This document shows positions 35,821 to 47,000 of a stretch of 64,000 nucleotides of DNA, piece after piece. Within the stretch, counting starts at the first letter, position 1; every line of letters starts with the position of its first letter. Below the pieces are notes generated by a model. The model ran no database searches. It had not been told where the DNA came from and worked only from the letters and a program-made list of their open reading frames with translations. Made by a program: the position numbers and the translations under genes. Origin of the DNA: Bacteroidota bacterium (GTDB taxonomy: Bacteria > Bacteroidota > Bacteroidia > Chitinophagales > LD1); NCBI GenBank assembly GCA_947478005.1, contig CANJVG010000004.1:3092-67091 (forward strand), read 5' to 3'.

Positions 35821-36927
35821 ATGGCTATTACAAACGAAGATATTCTCAACGCCCTGCGTCATGTGGACGACCCCGATATCAAAAAGGATTTAGTGTCGCT
35901 GAACATGATTAGCAACATCGCTGTGGATGGGAACAAGGTGAGTTTCAAATTGACTTTAACCACCCCTGCCTGTCCTCTCAAGGAAAAAATAAAGAATGAT
36001 TGCATCAATGCTATTCATGAATATGTCGGAAAGGATTTGCAGGTTGAAATCGATATAGATTCGAACGTTACCACCTTGCGAAAGGAAAACGTAAATGTGT
36101 TGCCAAGCGTAAAGAATATCATTTGTGTGGCTTCGGGCAAAGGGGGCGTTGGCAAATCAACGGTGGCTGTTAACCTGGCTTTGAGCCTTGCTCGAACCGG
36201 TGCTAAGGTTGGTCTAATTGATGCCGATATTTATGGGCCATCTATTCCTATGATGCTGGGTGTAAAAGGTAGAAAGCCTGAAGTACGTCTGATAAAGGAT
36301 AAGCACTACATGGTGCCTTTAGAAGCCGAGGGTATTAAGATTCTTTCTATTGGTTTATTGATAGATGACCGCCAGGCGGTGGTTTGGCGCGGACCCATGG
36401 TTACCTCTGCCTTGCGCCAGTTTGTTACGGATTGTATTTGGGGTAAACTTGATTATATGGTAGTGGATATGCCTCCGGGTACAGGTGATATTCATATAAC
36501 AGTAGCCCAAACGCTCAATGTTACGGGTGCTGTAATCGTTACCACCCCGCAGGATGTTGCCTTGGCGGATGCCCGCAAGGCGCTCTCCATGTTTCGTTTA
36601 GAAAATATTAATGTACCTGTCTTGGGTGTGGTAGAGAACATGGCCTACTTTACTCCGGAGGAATTGCCGAACAACAAGTATTACATCTTTGGAAAAGACG
36701 GTGGTCAAAAGCTGGCGGAGGAATATGAGGTGCCTTTCTTAGGTCAAATTCCGTTGGTGCAAAGCATTCGCGAAGGTGGCGATAACGGTAAACCGGTAAG
36801 CACTTATGGACGCGATAATGAACTAGTGGCAAAAGCCTTTGACGATATTGCCAATAACGTGGCAAGGCAGGTTGCCATAAAGAATGCTAACTTGCAGCCC
36901 GAACAAACAGACCTCGTATTATCATGA
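35821..36927 (+). CDS. Mrp/NBP35 (ApbC-type) iron-sulfur cluster carrier ATPase
   Basis: N-terminal DUF59-like domain, Walker A VASGKGGVGKSTVAVNLA, and the C-terminal VVENM context. Confidence 0.85.
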   Translation: MAITNEDILNALRHVDDPDIKKDLVSLNMISNIAVDGNKVSFKLTLTTPACPLKEKIKNDCINAIHEYVGKDLQVEIDIDSNVTTLRKENVNVLPSVKNIICVASGKGGVGKSTVAVNLALSLARTGAKVGLIDADIYGPSIPMMLGVKGRKPEVRLIKDKHYMVPLEAEGIKILSIGLLIDDRQAVVWRGPMVTSALRQFVTDCIWGKLDYMVVDMPPGTGDIHITVAQTLNVTGAVIVTTPQDVALADARKALSMFRLENINVPVLGVVENMAYFTPEELPNNKYYIFGKDGGQKLAEEYEVPFLGQIPLVQSIREGGDNGKPVSTYGRDNELVAKAFDDIANNVARQVAIKNANLQPEQTDLVLS

Positions 36928-37184
36928 CTTTAACCCACTCTGAAGAATTGCTTAAAAAAGTGGAGGAATCGCTCGACACCATGCGACCGTATCTGAACGA
37001 TGACGGAGGCAATGTAGAGGTAGTGGAAATAACCGATGATATGATAGTGCGTGTAAGATTGATGGGAGCTTGCAGCACCTGCCCTCAAAGTTTCATGACC
37101 ATGAAAGCAGGAATCGAAGAAGCTGTAAGACGCTCTGTCCCCGAAATAAAGGGAGTAATAGCCATCAATTTGAAGCCGGAATAG
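36924..37184 (+). CDS. NifU C-terminal-domain-like Fe-S assembly protein
   Basis: 86 aa. RPYLNDDGGNVEVVEI...GACSTCPQS (CxxC). Overlaps the upstream gene by 4 nt. Confidence 0.8.
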   Translation: MTLTHSEELLKKVEESLDTMRPYLNDDGGNVEVVEITDDMIVRVRLMGACSTCPQSFMTMKAGIEEAVRRSVPEIKGVIAINLKPE

Positions 37185-37226
37185 AACTATTTCGTGTTAG
37201 AATCTTAATCAGTTTGCCTTCTATAA

Positions 37227-38057
37227 ATGGCTGTCCCTAAAACCCCTATATCGAACTCACGATTAATTAGGCAGTATATGCGTTGGTTGCCTGATAAACT
37301 CGGGCTCGTCAACCACGGGGCTTTTATGTTGCAGATAAACGAAGTCAGGCCGGACGATACCTTTATTGTTTCCTACCCTAAATCAGGCAATACATGGGTG
37401 CGTTTTATACTGGCGCAAATTTTATCGGGACAAACCCGTCAACTCAGTTTTAATGAAGTAGAAGATATTGTTCCTGATGTTTATCGGTCGAAAGATGCCA
37501 TTGACAAGATGCCCTCTCCACGGTTCATCAAAACCCATGATGTCTTGTTTCGTTATTACCCCAAAACGATTTACGTAGTACGCGACTATCGCGATGTTTT
37601 GGTTTCCTTCTATCATTACAAACTGGCGCTCAAGGAATACGAAGGTGACTTCTCTTCATTTATCCGCAGTGCAGATGTCAGGGAGCCTTTTGGTTCCTGG
37701 AAGGACCATGTTTCGAAAGCCCTTGCTGCATCCAAAGAAGAGCATCCATCGTTGATATTGTTTCGCTATGAAGATATTAAATCGGATTTTGAAAAGACAG
37801 TTAGAGAGATGACCTTGTTTTGTGGCATTCAATCCATCAACACCGAGGAGCTAAAGGAAATTACCCGTTTTGATAAATTGCGAAAGGTAGAAAACGAATC
37901 GGGCAGTGAGTTTTTGACTCGGAGCAAACAGAATTTCTTTAGAGAAGGTCAGTCGGGCGTTTGGCAAAGCTACTTTGGTCAAAGCGATTTGGATTATCTG
38001 TACAGTGACCATGAACTGGTTACCCTTATGAATCAATTCGGCTATTTCACTGGCTAA
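37227..38057 (+). CDS. sulfotransferase-domain protein
   Basis: YPKSGNTWVRF (5'-PSB loop) and VRDYRDVLVSFYH (3'-PB motif). Confidence 0.75.
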   Translation: MAVPKTPISNSRLIRQYMRWLPDKLGLVNHGAFMLQINEVRPDDTFIVSYPKSGNTWVRFILAQILSGQTRQLSFNEVEDIVPDVYRSKDAIDKMPSPRFIKTHDVLFRYYPKTIYVVRDYRDVLVSFYHYKLALKEYEGDFSSFIRSADVREPFGSWKDHVSKALAASKEEHPSLILFRYEDIKSDFEKTVREMTLFCGIQSINTEELKEITRFDKLRKVENESGSEFLTRSKQNFFREGQSGVWQSYFGQSDLDYLYSDHELVTLMNQFGYFTG

Positions 38058-38105
38058 TGGAATAGTTGGTTCGATTCTTATTTTTGAAACCCAAAATTAA
38101 GCAAC

Positions 38106-39626
38106 ATGAAACACAAACTACTTTACTTATTTATTTGCTGTTCCACTTTAGCAACGGCACAGACTTATCCATTTGCCGATGGATTTCAATCGTATTCTAA
38201 TTTTTCAACCTTAGGTACCCAGGGAGGCTATATGAGCGATATGAGCGTGTACCAAACGCACGGTATGGGCAACAGCGATAAAGGACTTCTTTCGCAAATG
38301 AATAACTTCAATACAAAGGACTCAACTATTTCTCCGCTTATCGGGCCGCTAACTGCCAGTTCGCAGTTATCATTTTATTATAGAATTATGAACCCCGCTC
38401 CTCAATATCCATTCGTTCCAGCCACCATAGGCACGGGTGATGTGGTGGAGGTTTATTTGGGCATTCAAACGCTTTCTATTTATCAATTGGCCTATACCAT
38501 TAACAGCACCAACAACGTGGCCGATACTTCCTTCAAAAAGATTACCATTACCGTGCCCGGCTCTTTTGCCAATCAAAGCGGAAATGTAAAGTTTATAGTT
38601 CGCCATCCGGCAAACGGCAACGATTATAATGTGGATATAGATTCCTTAGTGGTGCGCGATTCGATATCATTATCCATTCCTTTGACAATAGCCGCTGTGC
38701 CTATCAATGTAAATTGTCATGGTATATGCGATGGTAGCGCACAAGTTACGGCCTCAGGCGGTACAGGCCCTTATACTTTTGCATGGGGTGATACCAGTTT
38801 AACAGCCGGTAGCAGAACGAACTTATGTGCTGGCACCTACACCGCTACGGTTACCGACAATTTATCGGCTACTGCTTCTACCTCTTTCACCATTACCGAA
38901 CCCGATGCTCTTGTGCTAACCGACAGCGTGACCCATGTAACCTGCCATGGTGGTGCAGATGGTTGCATAAACCTGATTGTAACCGGAGGCATTACCCCTT
39001 ATTTTTATACCTGGAGTAGTGGTACAAACACTGAAGATACTTGTACGATAGCGGCTGGAAATTATGCCGTTACAGTAATAGATGGAAATAATTGTTACGC
39101 TACCATATCTATAGCGGTTTCTGAGCCCACACCGCTTACCTTTACAACAACTTTTACAAATCCTACTGCTATCCATCTTACTGATGGAACCATACAGTTT
39201 AGCGCTTCGGGCAGTACTCCGGGTTATTCTTTTTCTATTGATAGCGGAAGCAGCTATTCCAATTTATCGACATTTAACGGACTGGGCGAAAACTGCTACC
39301 ATGTATTTGTAAAAGACACCAACAACTGTGTGGCAGGTCCCGACACGGTTTGCCTTACTGACCCTACGACAGGTATCCTGGATGTAGCTAATGAAACCAT
39401 GACTGTTTACCCGAACCCGGCCACCGATTATATAATGGTTAAAACAAACCGCGTGTCACCAGGTGAACTATCCTTGATAAACTCTGTTGGCGAAATGGTG
39501 TTCAATATGAATGTAACCGATAAAGAAACGCGCTTGAATCTTTCAGCACTAAGCAAAGGCAACTATATGCTGAATCTGAAAACAGCCACCGGTAATCAGC
39601 GGAAACTTATAACCCTTGTGCGTTAA
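38106..39626 (+). CDS. SprB-repeat protein with T9SS C-terminal sorting domain
   Basis: CHGICDGSAQVTASGGTGPYTFAW and CHGGADGCINLIVTGGITPYFYTW repeats. C-terminal MTVYPNPATDYIMV...GNYMLNLKT. Confidence 0.8.
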   Translation: MKHKLLYLFICCSTLATAQTYPFADGFQSYSNFSTLGTQGGYMSDMSVYQTHGMGNSDKGLLSQMNNFNTKDSTISPLIGPLTASSQLSFYYRIMNPAPQYPFVPATIGTGDVVEVYLGIQTLSIYQLAYTINSTNNVADTSFKKITITVPGSFANQSGNVKFIVRHPANGNDYNVDIDSLVVRDSISLSIPLTIAAVPINVNCHGICDGSAQVTASGGTGPYTFAWGDTSLTAGSRTNLCAGTYTATVTDNLSATASTSFTITEPDALVLTDSVTHVTCHGGADGCINLIVTGGITPYFYTWSSGTNTEDTCTIAAGNYAVTVIDGNNCYATISIAVSEPTPLTFTTTFTNPTAIHLTDGTIQFSASGSTPGYSFSIDSGSSYSNLSTFNGLGENCYHVFVKDTNNCVAGPDTVCLTDPTTGILDVANETMTVYPNPATDYIMVKTNRVSPGELSLINSVGEMVFNMNVTDKETRLNLSALSKGNYMLNLKTATGNQRKLITLVR

Positions 39627-39734
39627 AAGCTATTGCGAAAACGAGTTAAGGAAAGTTAATGATTTGGCTATGAAAATTTAGAGTACGTCATTAGCATTTC
39701 AATAATTTCACTAACAAACAAAAAAACTAAAACA

Positions 39735-40133
39735 ATGAAACTAATCAAAAATCTAGCGCTTATGTTGGTGGCAGCTGCCATCACCCTGAATGTGAATGCA
39801 CAGGCTGCAAAAACAAGTGCTAAGCAGGAATCTAAAGCCAAAACCGAAACCAAGGTATCAAGCAAAACCGAAAAATCGGAAGCGCATAAAGGTGCTTCTG
39901 GCGAGGTGAAAAAGGAAAGCAAATCTACCTCGAAGGCTGAACCAAAGGCAAGCGAAACCAAAGAGACAAAGAAAGAAACCTCGACCGAAAAGAAACCGAG
40001 AGATGGCAGAACAAAAACAGGCGACCCTGTAAACCGCGAAAAGAAAGGCCCTAAAGGCGAAACAGTTTATTCGGGCCCTAAAGGCGGCAACTACTACCTC
40101 GATAAAAAAGAAAACAAAGTTTACATCAAGTAA
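39735..40133 (+). CDS. Lys/Glu/Thr-rich secreted low-complexity protein with basic C-terminal motif
   Basis: Signal peptide MKLIKNLALMLVAAAITLNVNAQ. The C-terminal YSGPKGGNYYLDKKENKVYI resembles the PBCV-type basic adaptor motif (from memory). Confidence 0.55.
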   Translation: MKLIKNLALMLVAAAITLNVNAQAAKTSAKQESKAKTETKVSSKTEKSEAHKGASGEVKKESKSTSKAEPKASETKETKKETSTEKKPRDGRTKTGDPVNREKKGPKGETVYSGPKGGNYYLDKKENKVYIK

Positions 40134-40157
40134 TACCTTCGTTTTTCGCTTATTCAG

Positions 40158-40192
40158 AAATCCTCCCAACCACAATTGGGGGGATTTTTTTT
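40158..40192 (+). terminator. rho-independent terminator
   Basis: AAATCCTCCCAA-ccacaa-TTGGGGGGATTT followed by a T run. Confidence 0.75.
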
Positions 40193-40339
40193 GCCCGCAA
40201 TTTTGTGCTTTGCACGCACTGTACTATCACCGCTATTCACCTGGGCTGTTCAGTATTTGTCTTGTGTTGATTGTAAAAAGTCTTTTAGTCTGACTTGGCT
40301 GTTTAATCCGAAATCCGAAATCCGCATTCCGAAATCTCA

Positions 40340-41977
40340 TCACTCCTTCACAACCTGCCTCACACTACAACCCTCCTTAGTCCCCACCTCCACAAAATAA
40401 ACCCCATTAGGCAGATAACTCAAATCAAGCACCTTAGTATAACCCGCTGCCAGGTTGCTCTCCTCGCGCTTATAAATAAGCTGCCCCATAGCATTAGTAA
40501 TAGCGAAACTGGCCTCATGTATATCATCTACTTTCAAAACGATAGATAAATCACTACAAAAGGGATTAGGCCAAGCCTGCATTTGTATTCCACTATGGTC
40601 TATGGTCTGTGGTCTATCATCTACCCCCACCTCATCTCCAATACAAAACTTCACCACAAAATAATCATAGCTGCTATCCCATGCCGCCTGTGTTTTATAG
40701 CCATCTATGCCGGCACTGCTAGTATTCGCTACTGCATAACAACCGTCCGAAGTTTGAACAGAATATCCTCCCTTATCACTTCCTGTAGTAAATATGGTTT
40801 TATCCCATTGCTTATGTCCCAAAGAATCCAACTTTATAACCCACGAATTACTTTCTCCTAAGCAGTCATCTGTTCTATCAACAGAGGGATACACCAAAAA
40901 ATCGCTTCTGGTTGATTCTCCAGAATACATATAGCCGTCATCGTTCGTTTTTATCAGCGAAGACATCCCTCCTCCATCGTAAACTACTTGCCAAATTATT
41001 GTTCCCGTTCCGTCAAGTTTTATCAACCAGGCACCTCGCTTAAAACATGTCTTATCTCCGGTAATTGTACTATCCGCTGAACCTCCTCCGAGAAGGTAAC
41101 CATCATCTCTTGTTGATAAAACGACATGTAATTCATCTAATAACTCGGAGCCAAACCGTTTATCCCATTCCTTGTTACCGAGCGAATCAATCTTTACTAT
41201 CCAATAATCTCTACCGCCCCAACTTGGTTGTGTTTTATCCCAGCTACTGTCAGAATTTGACCATCCACCTAAAATATACCCCCCATCTTTAGTTTGTTTT
41301 ACAGACCACAAAAAATCATCCTTATTACCTCCAAATCGTTTATCCCATTCTTTGTTCCCATCTGAATCAATTTTTACCACCCAGTAATCAAAATAAAAGC
41401 CGGCTCCTCCGCGACAGTCTTCTGTTTTATCTCCTCCTATTCCGGACGCTGATGTTCCGCCTAAAATAAAGCCTCCGTCCTTACATGTATCTAGTGTCCA
41501 AAGTAAATCTTCCCCGGTGCCGCCAAATCGCTTATCCCATTCTTTATTTCCTGCGTCATCTACTTTCACCACCCAGTAATCATAACTGCCCCTACTGGCT
41601 TCTGTTTTATCTCCTGTAGCAGGCCCACCGGCATAGCCACCTAAAATATAGCTCTTGTCTTTGCATATCTGTAAAGCAGTCATAGCTGCACCTTGTGTTG
41701 GTCCAAATCGTTTATCCCATTCCTTGTTACCGGCTAAATCGAGTTTTACCACCCAAAAATCCTCCACTCCCCAACAGGCTTGTGTTTTATCTCCGCTTAT
41801 ACCCGATGTTGAACTGCCACCCACAATACAGCCTCCGTCTAATGTTGATTTAAAAGACGGCCAATATTCATCCTTGGTTCCACCTAATGTTCTATCCCAC
41901 TGCTTGGTAAATGTATATTGTGCAGATACAACATTAGCGACACAGAAGCACATAAGGAAAAATACCCGGTTTTTCAT
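40340..41977 (-). CDS. T9SS C-terminal-sorting-domain protein with propeller-like repeats (paralog class of 22698-24305)
   Basis: 545 aa. The unit GNKEWDKRFGGxxxDxxxxxxxTxDGGYILGGxSxSxxxGDKTxxxxGxxDYWVVKxD is repeated about 8 times. C-terminal AWPNPFCSDLSI...GVYFVEV. Confidence 0.8.
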   Translation of the reverse strand: MKNRVFFLMCFCVANVVSAQYTFTKQWDRTLGGTKDEYWPSFKSTLDGGCIVGGSSTSGISGDKTQACWGVEDFWVVKLDLAGNKEWDKRFGPTQGAAMTALQICKDKSYILGGYAGGPATGDKTEASRGSYDYWVVKVDDAGNKEWDKRFGGTGEDLLWTLDTCKDGGFILGGTSASGIGGDKTEDCRGGAGFYFDYWVVKIDSDGNKEWDKRFGGNKDDFLWSVKQTKDGGYILGGWSNSDSSWDKTQPSWGGRDYWIVKIDSLGNKEWDKRFGSELLDELHVVLSTRDDGYLLGGGSADSTITGDKTCFKRGAWLIKLDGTGTIIWQVVYDGGGMSSLIKTNDDGYMYSGESTRSDFLVYPSVDRTDDCLGESNSWVIKLDSLGHKQWDKTIFTTGSDKGGYSVQTSDGCYAVANTSSAGIDGYKTQAAWDSSYDYFVVKFCIGDEVGVDDRPQTIDHSGIQMQAWPNPFCSDLSIVLKVDDIHEASFAITNAMGQLIYKREESNLAAGYTKVLDLSYLPNGVYFVEVGTKEGCSVRQVVKE

Positions 41978-42220
41978 GGCCTATAGTTTTACTAATTTAC
42001 TTGCCTTAACTTGGTCTTGTTTACTTTAATACTGTAAATATAAACAACGGCATTAATATTCTTTGCCCCGCATATCCAAGTCACCCTGCACAAGTGGAAG
42101 AACGCGATATTGTGGTATTCTAATTCAGCAATCCAATTAGAACAAAGGTTTTGATTTCCCAAAACCTGTTTTGTTGATGTTAAAACCATCAATTTCGGGG
42201 CAATAACACAGTCTAAATCT

Positions 42221-42570
42221 GAAATGGTTATGATAGATGCTATCATAATGATGTTACGAAGTGAAATGGTTACGATAGATGCTATCGTAATGATGTTAGG
42301 AAGTGAAATGGTTACGATAGATGCTATCGTAATGATGTTACGAAGTGAAATGGTTATGATAGATGCTATCGTAATGATGTTACGAAGTGAAATGGTTATG
42401 ATCGATGCTATCGTAATGATGTTACGAAGTGAAATGGTTACGATCGATGCTATCGTAATGATGTTAGGAAGTGAAATGGTTACGATCGATGCTATCGTAA
42501 TGATGTTAGGAAGTGAAATGGTTACGATCGATGCTATCGTAATGATGTTACGAAGTGAAATGGTTATTTC
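42221..42570. repeat. 42-bp tandem repeat, 8 full units plus a partial
   Basis: The unit GAAATGGTTACGATAGATGCTATCGTAATGATGTTA(C/G)GAAGT holds exact 42-nt register from 42221. Each unit holds a perfect hairpin TTACGATAG-atg-CTATCGTAA. Both strands are open (ORFs 41992-42630 and 42224-42589). Confidence 0.9.
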
Positions 42571-42967
42571 GGATGGAAATGAGAATTGAAGCAGTAAAAC
42601 CATGTTCTTTTTACAAAAAGAAAAGGTCAAGATTTAGCAAATTAAGGTCTTTTTGTGGTTAATCGAGACCATTTCTCTCCAAATCGTAAGGATAATTTGT
42701 TGAATCGAGATCATTCTGAAATGTGGCACCCTGAATTGCTTGTTAACTCAGAGCTTAAGCATAAATAGCGACCGCTTTTTAGAAGACTAAACGGCTAACC
42801 GGTTAGTCGTTACAATAGAGCCGAGTCCTCCTCGTGCTCATTTGCACCCAAAAGGTTCGATTTTAACGGCACAGTTTATCCAAACCCTTGTATTTCCGTT
42901 GTGATGAATATAGGGTTGTGATTTAACCCAGCTTGGCTATCTAAGCAAACACCATAGGCCTACCAAC

Positions 42968-43969
42968 CTACAAATAATACCTCGCCAGCGGCTCTATATC
43001 CTGGCTTGCAAACTCCTTATTCAGAAATTTATAATGAGCAGCCATGGCAATCATGGCGGCATTATCAGTGCAGTATTCAAACTTAGGGATATAAGCTGCC
43101 CAACCATTCTTCTTGCCCAGTTCTTCAAACCTTCTCCGCAGCTCGCTGTTAGCCGACACTCCGCCAGCCAGCGCTATCTCTTTTATGTTCAGCTTCTTGG
43201 TGGCCTTCTCGAGTTTCTTAAGCAAAATATCGACAATCGTCTTTTGGATAGAAGCACAAAGGTCGTTCAGATTCTCTTGCACAAAATCGGGATTTTTCTT
43301 CACCTCGCGTTGCAGAAAATACAAAACCGAAGTTTTGAACCCGCTGAACGAAAAATTAAAATCGGCAATCTGCGGTTCGGGGAAAATGAACTTATCGGGA
43401 TTGCCCTCTTTTGCGCGTTTATCCATCAGAGGTCCGCCCGGATAGGGCAAACCGAGCATCTTAGCAGTCTTATCAAAAGCCTCACCGGCTGCATCATCCA
43501 GCGTTTCGCCCACCACTTCCATTTCTAAATAATTCTTAACAAGCACTATTTGTGTATGCCCGCCCGAAACCGTTAAACACAAAAAAGGAAAGCTCGGTTT
43601 GCTATCGATAAAGTGCGAAAGAATATGCGCCTGCATGTGGTTCACTTCTATCAAGGGCAGGTTTCGCGCGAGCGCAAATGCCTTGGCAAAGCTAACGCCC
43701 ACCAATAGAGAACCGATTAAACCGGGGCCGCGCGTAAAGGCCACCGCACTGATTTCATCCTTCGAAATGCCCGATTGTTTGAGGGCGGCATCCACCACCG
43801 GCACTATGTTTTGCTGATGGGCACGTGAGGCTAATTCGGGCACCACACCGCCCCATAGTTCATGAACCTTTTGTCCGGCAATGACATTGGCAAGAATTTT
43901 GGCATCTTTGCTCACAGCAGCAGAAGTATCATCGCAGGATGATTCAATGGCCAGAATGATTATACTCAT
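42968..43969 (-). CDS. tsaD: tRNA N6-adenosine threonylcarbamoyltransferase
   Basis: 333 aa. ILAIESSCDDTSAAV, VNHMQAHI (His pair), SGGHT and GGVSAN. Confidence 0.9.
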   Translation of the reverse strand: MSIIILAIESSCDDTSAAVSKDAKILANVIAGQKVHELWGGVVPELASRAHQQNIVPVVDAALKQSGISKDEISAVAFTRGPGLIGSLLVGVSFAKAFALARNLPLIEVNHMQAHILSHFIDSKPSFPFLCLTVSGGHTQIVLVKNYLEMEVVGETLDDAAGEAFDKTAKMLGLPYPGGPLMDKRAKEGNPDKFIFPEPQIADFNFSFSGFKTSVLYFLQREVKKNPDFVQENLNDLCASIQKTIVDILLKKLEKATKKLNIKEIALAGGVSANSELRRRFEELGKKNGWAAYIPKFEYCTDNAAMIAMAAHYKFLNKEFASQDIEPLARYYL

Positions 43970-44025
43970 GCGGTGAAAATCAGAATATTTTTTGTTTTCC
44001 GCGTTGATGTTTTAAAGAAGAACGA

Positions 44026-47000
44026 TTGATTAAAAAGGTTTTTAGAATATTTCTTATTGTCTTGCTGGTGCTGTTTGTGCTCTTAGGCGCCTTCTTGTTT
44101 GCGTTGCGCTATCCCACGGTGCAAACCTATATTGCCCAGCGCTTTGCGCTTATTCTTTCCAAATCTTTAGAAACCAAAGTGTCTATCGACCGCGTGGAGA
44201 TTTCCTTTTTCAACAAGGCCGATTTGGTCAATTTCTATTTAGAAGACCACAACAAAGATACCCTCATCAGTGCCCGGGAATTAAAGATAGAGTTTAAAGT
44301 TTTTGATTTATGGAATCAGAAAATAAACGTCAGCCGGATTCTTTTGGATGGAGGAACCGTACACCTGCACCTCGACTCTACCGGTAAGAAGATGAACCTG
44401 ACCGAACTCTTCAAGAAGTTCGGCACCACCAAAACAAAAACTGATACGGCAAAAACTGCCTTCAAATGGAATTTGGATTTGAAGGAATTGGAGTTGCGGG
44501 AGATTGATTTTCGCTATTTGGATGATAAGTCCCACACCGATATCAAGGTATTGGTTCCGTCAGGTTTAATGGCCATGAACAGTGTTTCTTTAGCTAAGAA
44601 AATCATCGATATTAAATCCATCCATCTGGATGGAATAGATGTGCGCATAGATTTGATGAAGCGCGAGAAAACGCCTGATGATGATTCTATCCTCCACGTT
44701 CATTTCATGACCGGTGGAATGCAGTTGAAGTTTGATGAACTGGCTATTACCCACACGAGGTTTCGGATGGATGACCACAATAGCGACACCATACTTCCAC
44801 AAGGAATGGACTTTAAGCATCTTGATGTTTCTGAAATTAATCTCCTGGCTCAAAACGGAAGTATCATAGCCGATACAATCCTGACAAGCGTAAAGAACCT
44901 TAGTGCCAAAGAGAGAAGCGGCTTTGAGCTCAATCATTTAATCACCGAAGCACGAGTGACTGCCAATGAAGTTACCCTGAACAAACTCGACCTTAAAACA
45001 TCCAACAGCTCGATAAGGGACTATCTCAGTTTTCGGTTTAGAGCTTACCACGATTTTAAAGATTTCCTGAATGCCATTCGCATAAAGGCCAACTTTGATG
45101 GAACTAAGTTTTCGCTCAAAGACTTAAACTACTTTGTGAGAAAGCTCGATAAGGTAGCACACAACACCGTTACGGTAAGTGGAGCTATCGATGGCCGAAT
45201 CAATAATCTGAAGGGCAGAGGTATTGAAATTAAGGCAGGTAACAATACTGTTTTCAAAGGCGATTTCTATACCCGTGGTTTGCCCAATATTTATGAAACA
45301 TCCCTCAATGTTCGGGTGAGCAGATTAGCTACTACCGTAGAAGATATTCATCGGTTTTATCCCGATATAAAGCTACCATCGAACCTTAGTACGCTTGGAT
45401 TGATTTATTATACCGGTTCGCTCGATGGTTTCTTAACCGACTTTGTATCGAACGGAAAACTGGTGACTGCTCTGGGTTCAGCTACCACCGATTTGAATTT
45501 TAAATATGATAAGAAGAAAAACAAGGCATCTTATAGCGGAGAACTGGCGTTGAACCAATTCGATTTAGGTAAGTATTTTCAGAATGAAGTAAACCTGGGT
45601 AAGGTTTCTCTTAATACGAGGATTAAAGGGGGTGGACTTACACTCGAAAGTTTGCATGCCGAACTCGATGGTAATATATCGAGCATTGTATTGCGGGGAT
45701 ACGATTACCGCGACATAAAAGTAAATGGGTTTGTTACGAAAAAGTCGTTTACAGGTTCCTTGAATATTCATGATGAGTTTTTAGATATGGATTTCAATGG
45801 CAATGCCGACCTATCGAAAGAAAAACCTGCATTTAAATTTGATGCGGATATCAGAAAGGCACAATTGAAGAACCTGAATCTTTCGAAAGTAAACTATGGC
45901 ATAGCCGGCAACGTGAAGTTAGATGTGGTAGGAGTAAAGGCCGATGACTTGATCGGTACGATTGATCTGCATGATATGACGATTACCCGCGACACGGTGG
46001 AAGCGCATATAAATTCATTCACGCTTAACGCCAAATTGTTGGCGGCAGACAAAAAGGAAATCACCATCAATTCCGACTTTATGGATGGCGAATTGCATGG
46101 TAATTTCAGTTTTCAGCAACTGCCAAAAGCCTTACTTAATTTTGCCCGCTATACCTACATGAAGGATTACGTTGACACCTCTTTGTTCACTACTCCTCAA
46201 AACTTCTCCCTCGATTTCGCGATTTATGAACCGGGTAATTTGACACAGATAATTCATCCGAGCTTTTACAAAATCCGCAATTCGCGAATTAAGGGTGACT
46301 TTAACAGCGTTGACCATAAGGTTAATCTCAACGTGTTTGTCCCCGAGTTGACTTTCGGTTCGTATAATGTTCTGCGAACAAACATTAATACCCATGCCGA
46401 TAACGGTATGCTTGATTTGCGCAGTTCTATTGACAAGGTATACAATGGCGACAGCTTGATGCTCGATACCGTGAATCTTTTGATAAAAACCCTGGATAAT
46501 AATAACGTTCGGTTTGATGTGTTGGTGGCTGATAAGAAGAAGTACAACTACGCTAATCTTACTGCTTTCCTTACTCCGCAGCATGGCAATGCCACAGTGC
46601 GCTTAGACCCTTCGGATGTGAAGTTGGGTAATTACAACTGGCATTTTGATGCCAATAATTCAATTTTTGTAGAAGGCAAAAAGATTGTCACCAACAATTT
46701 AGCCTTTCGTACCTATGACCAGACAATCTACATCAGCAGTTACTTAAAAGATGATACGTCTACCTGCTTTAAGCTAACCTTAGATAATACCGATGTTAGT
46801 GACTTTACCGGAATATTTACAAAGAAGATAAAGGACATGAGCGGAGCCATGAACGGTAAGCTGGTGGTGGAAGATATGTTCTATAAACCGAAAGTATTTG
46901 CCGATGTGGTGGTAAACGAATTTATGTTGGGCAAGGAATTGATTGGCGATATTGAGTTGCAGTCGCAGTTGGACGACAGCGGTAAAAAGATTCAGATACA

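Noticed and set aside
39668-40175. Antisense ORFs 39668-39961 and 39858-40175 opposite the Lys-rich secreted protein
   Set aside because: They are low-complexity mirror frames of an AAG/GAA-rich gene. The plus-strand ORF has a clean signal peptide and a terminator.
42221-42570. Possible CRISPR array (regular repeats with a palindromic core)
   Set aside because: The whole 42-bp unit repeats head-to-tail with no unique spacers, and no cas genes are present. It is a minisatellite, not a CRISPR.
41992-42630. 212-aa minus-strand ORF (ITIASIVTISLPNI repeats) as a repeat protein upstream of the T9SS gene
   Set aside because: The opposite strand is equally open (42224-42589). The periodicity is a DNA-level 42-mer with a perfect hairpin, and the start is non-ATG. 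I cannot fully exclude translation, so it is flagged under the findings instead.
42840-42880. tRNA-like GGTTCGATTTT (T-loop-like) sequence downstream of tsaD
   Set aside because: No complementary T-stem, acceptor stem or anticodon arm can be drawn around it. A similar GGATTCGAAG at about 16570 also fails.
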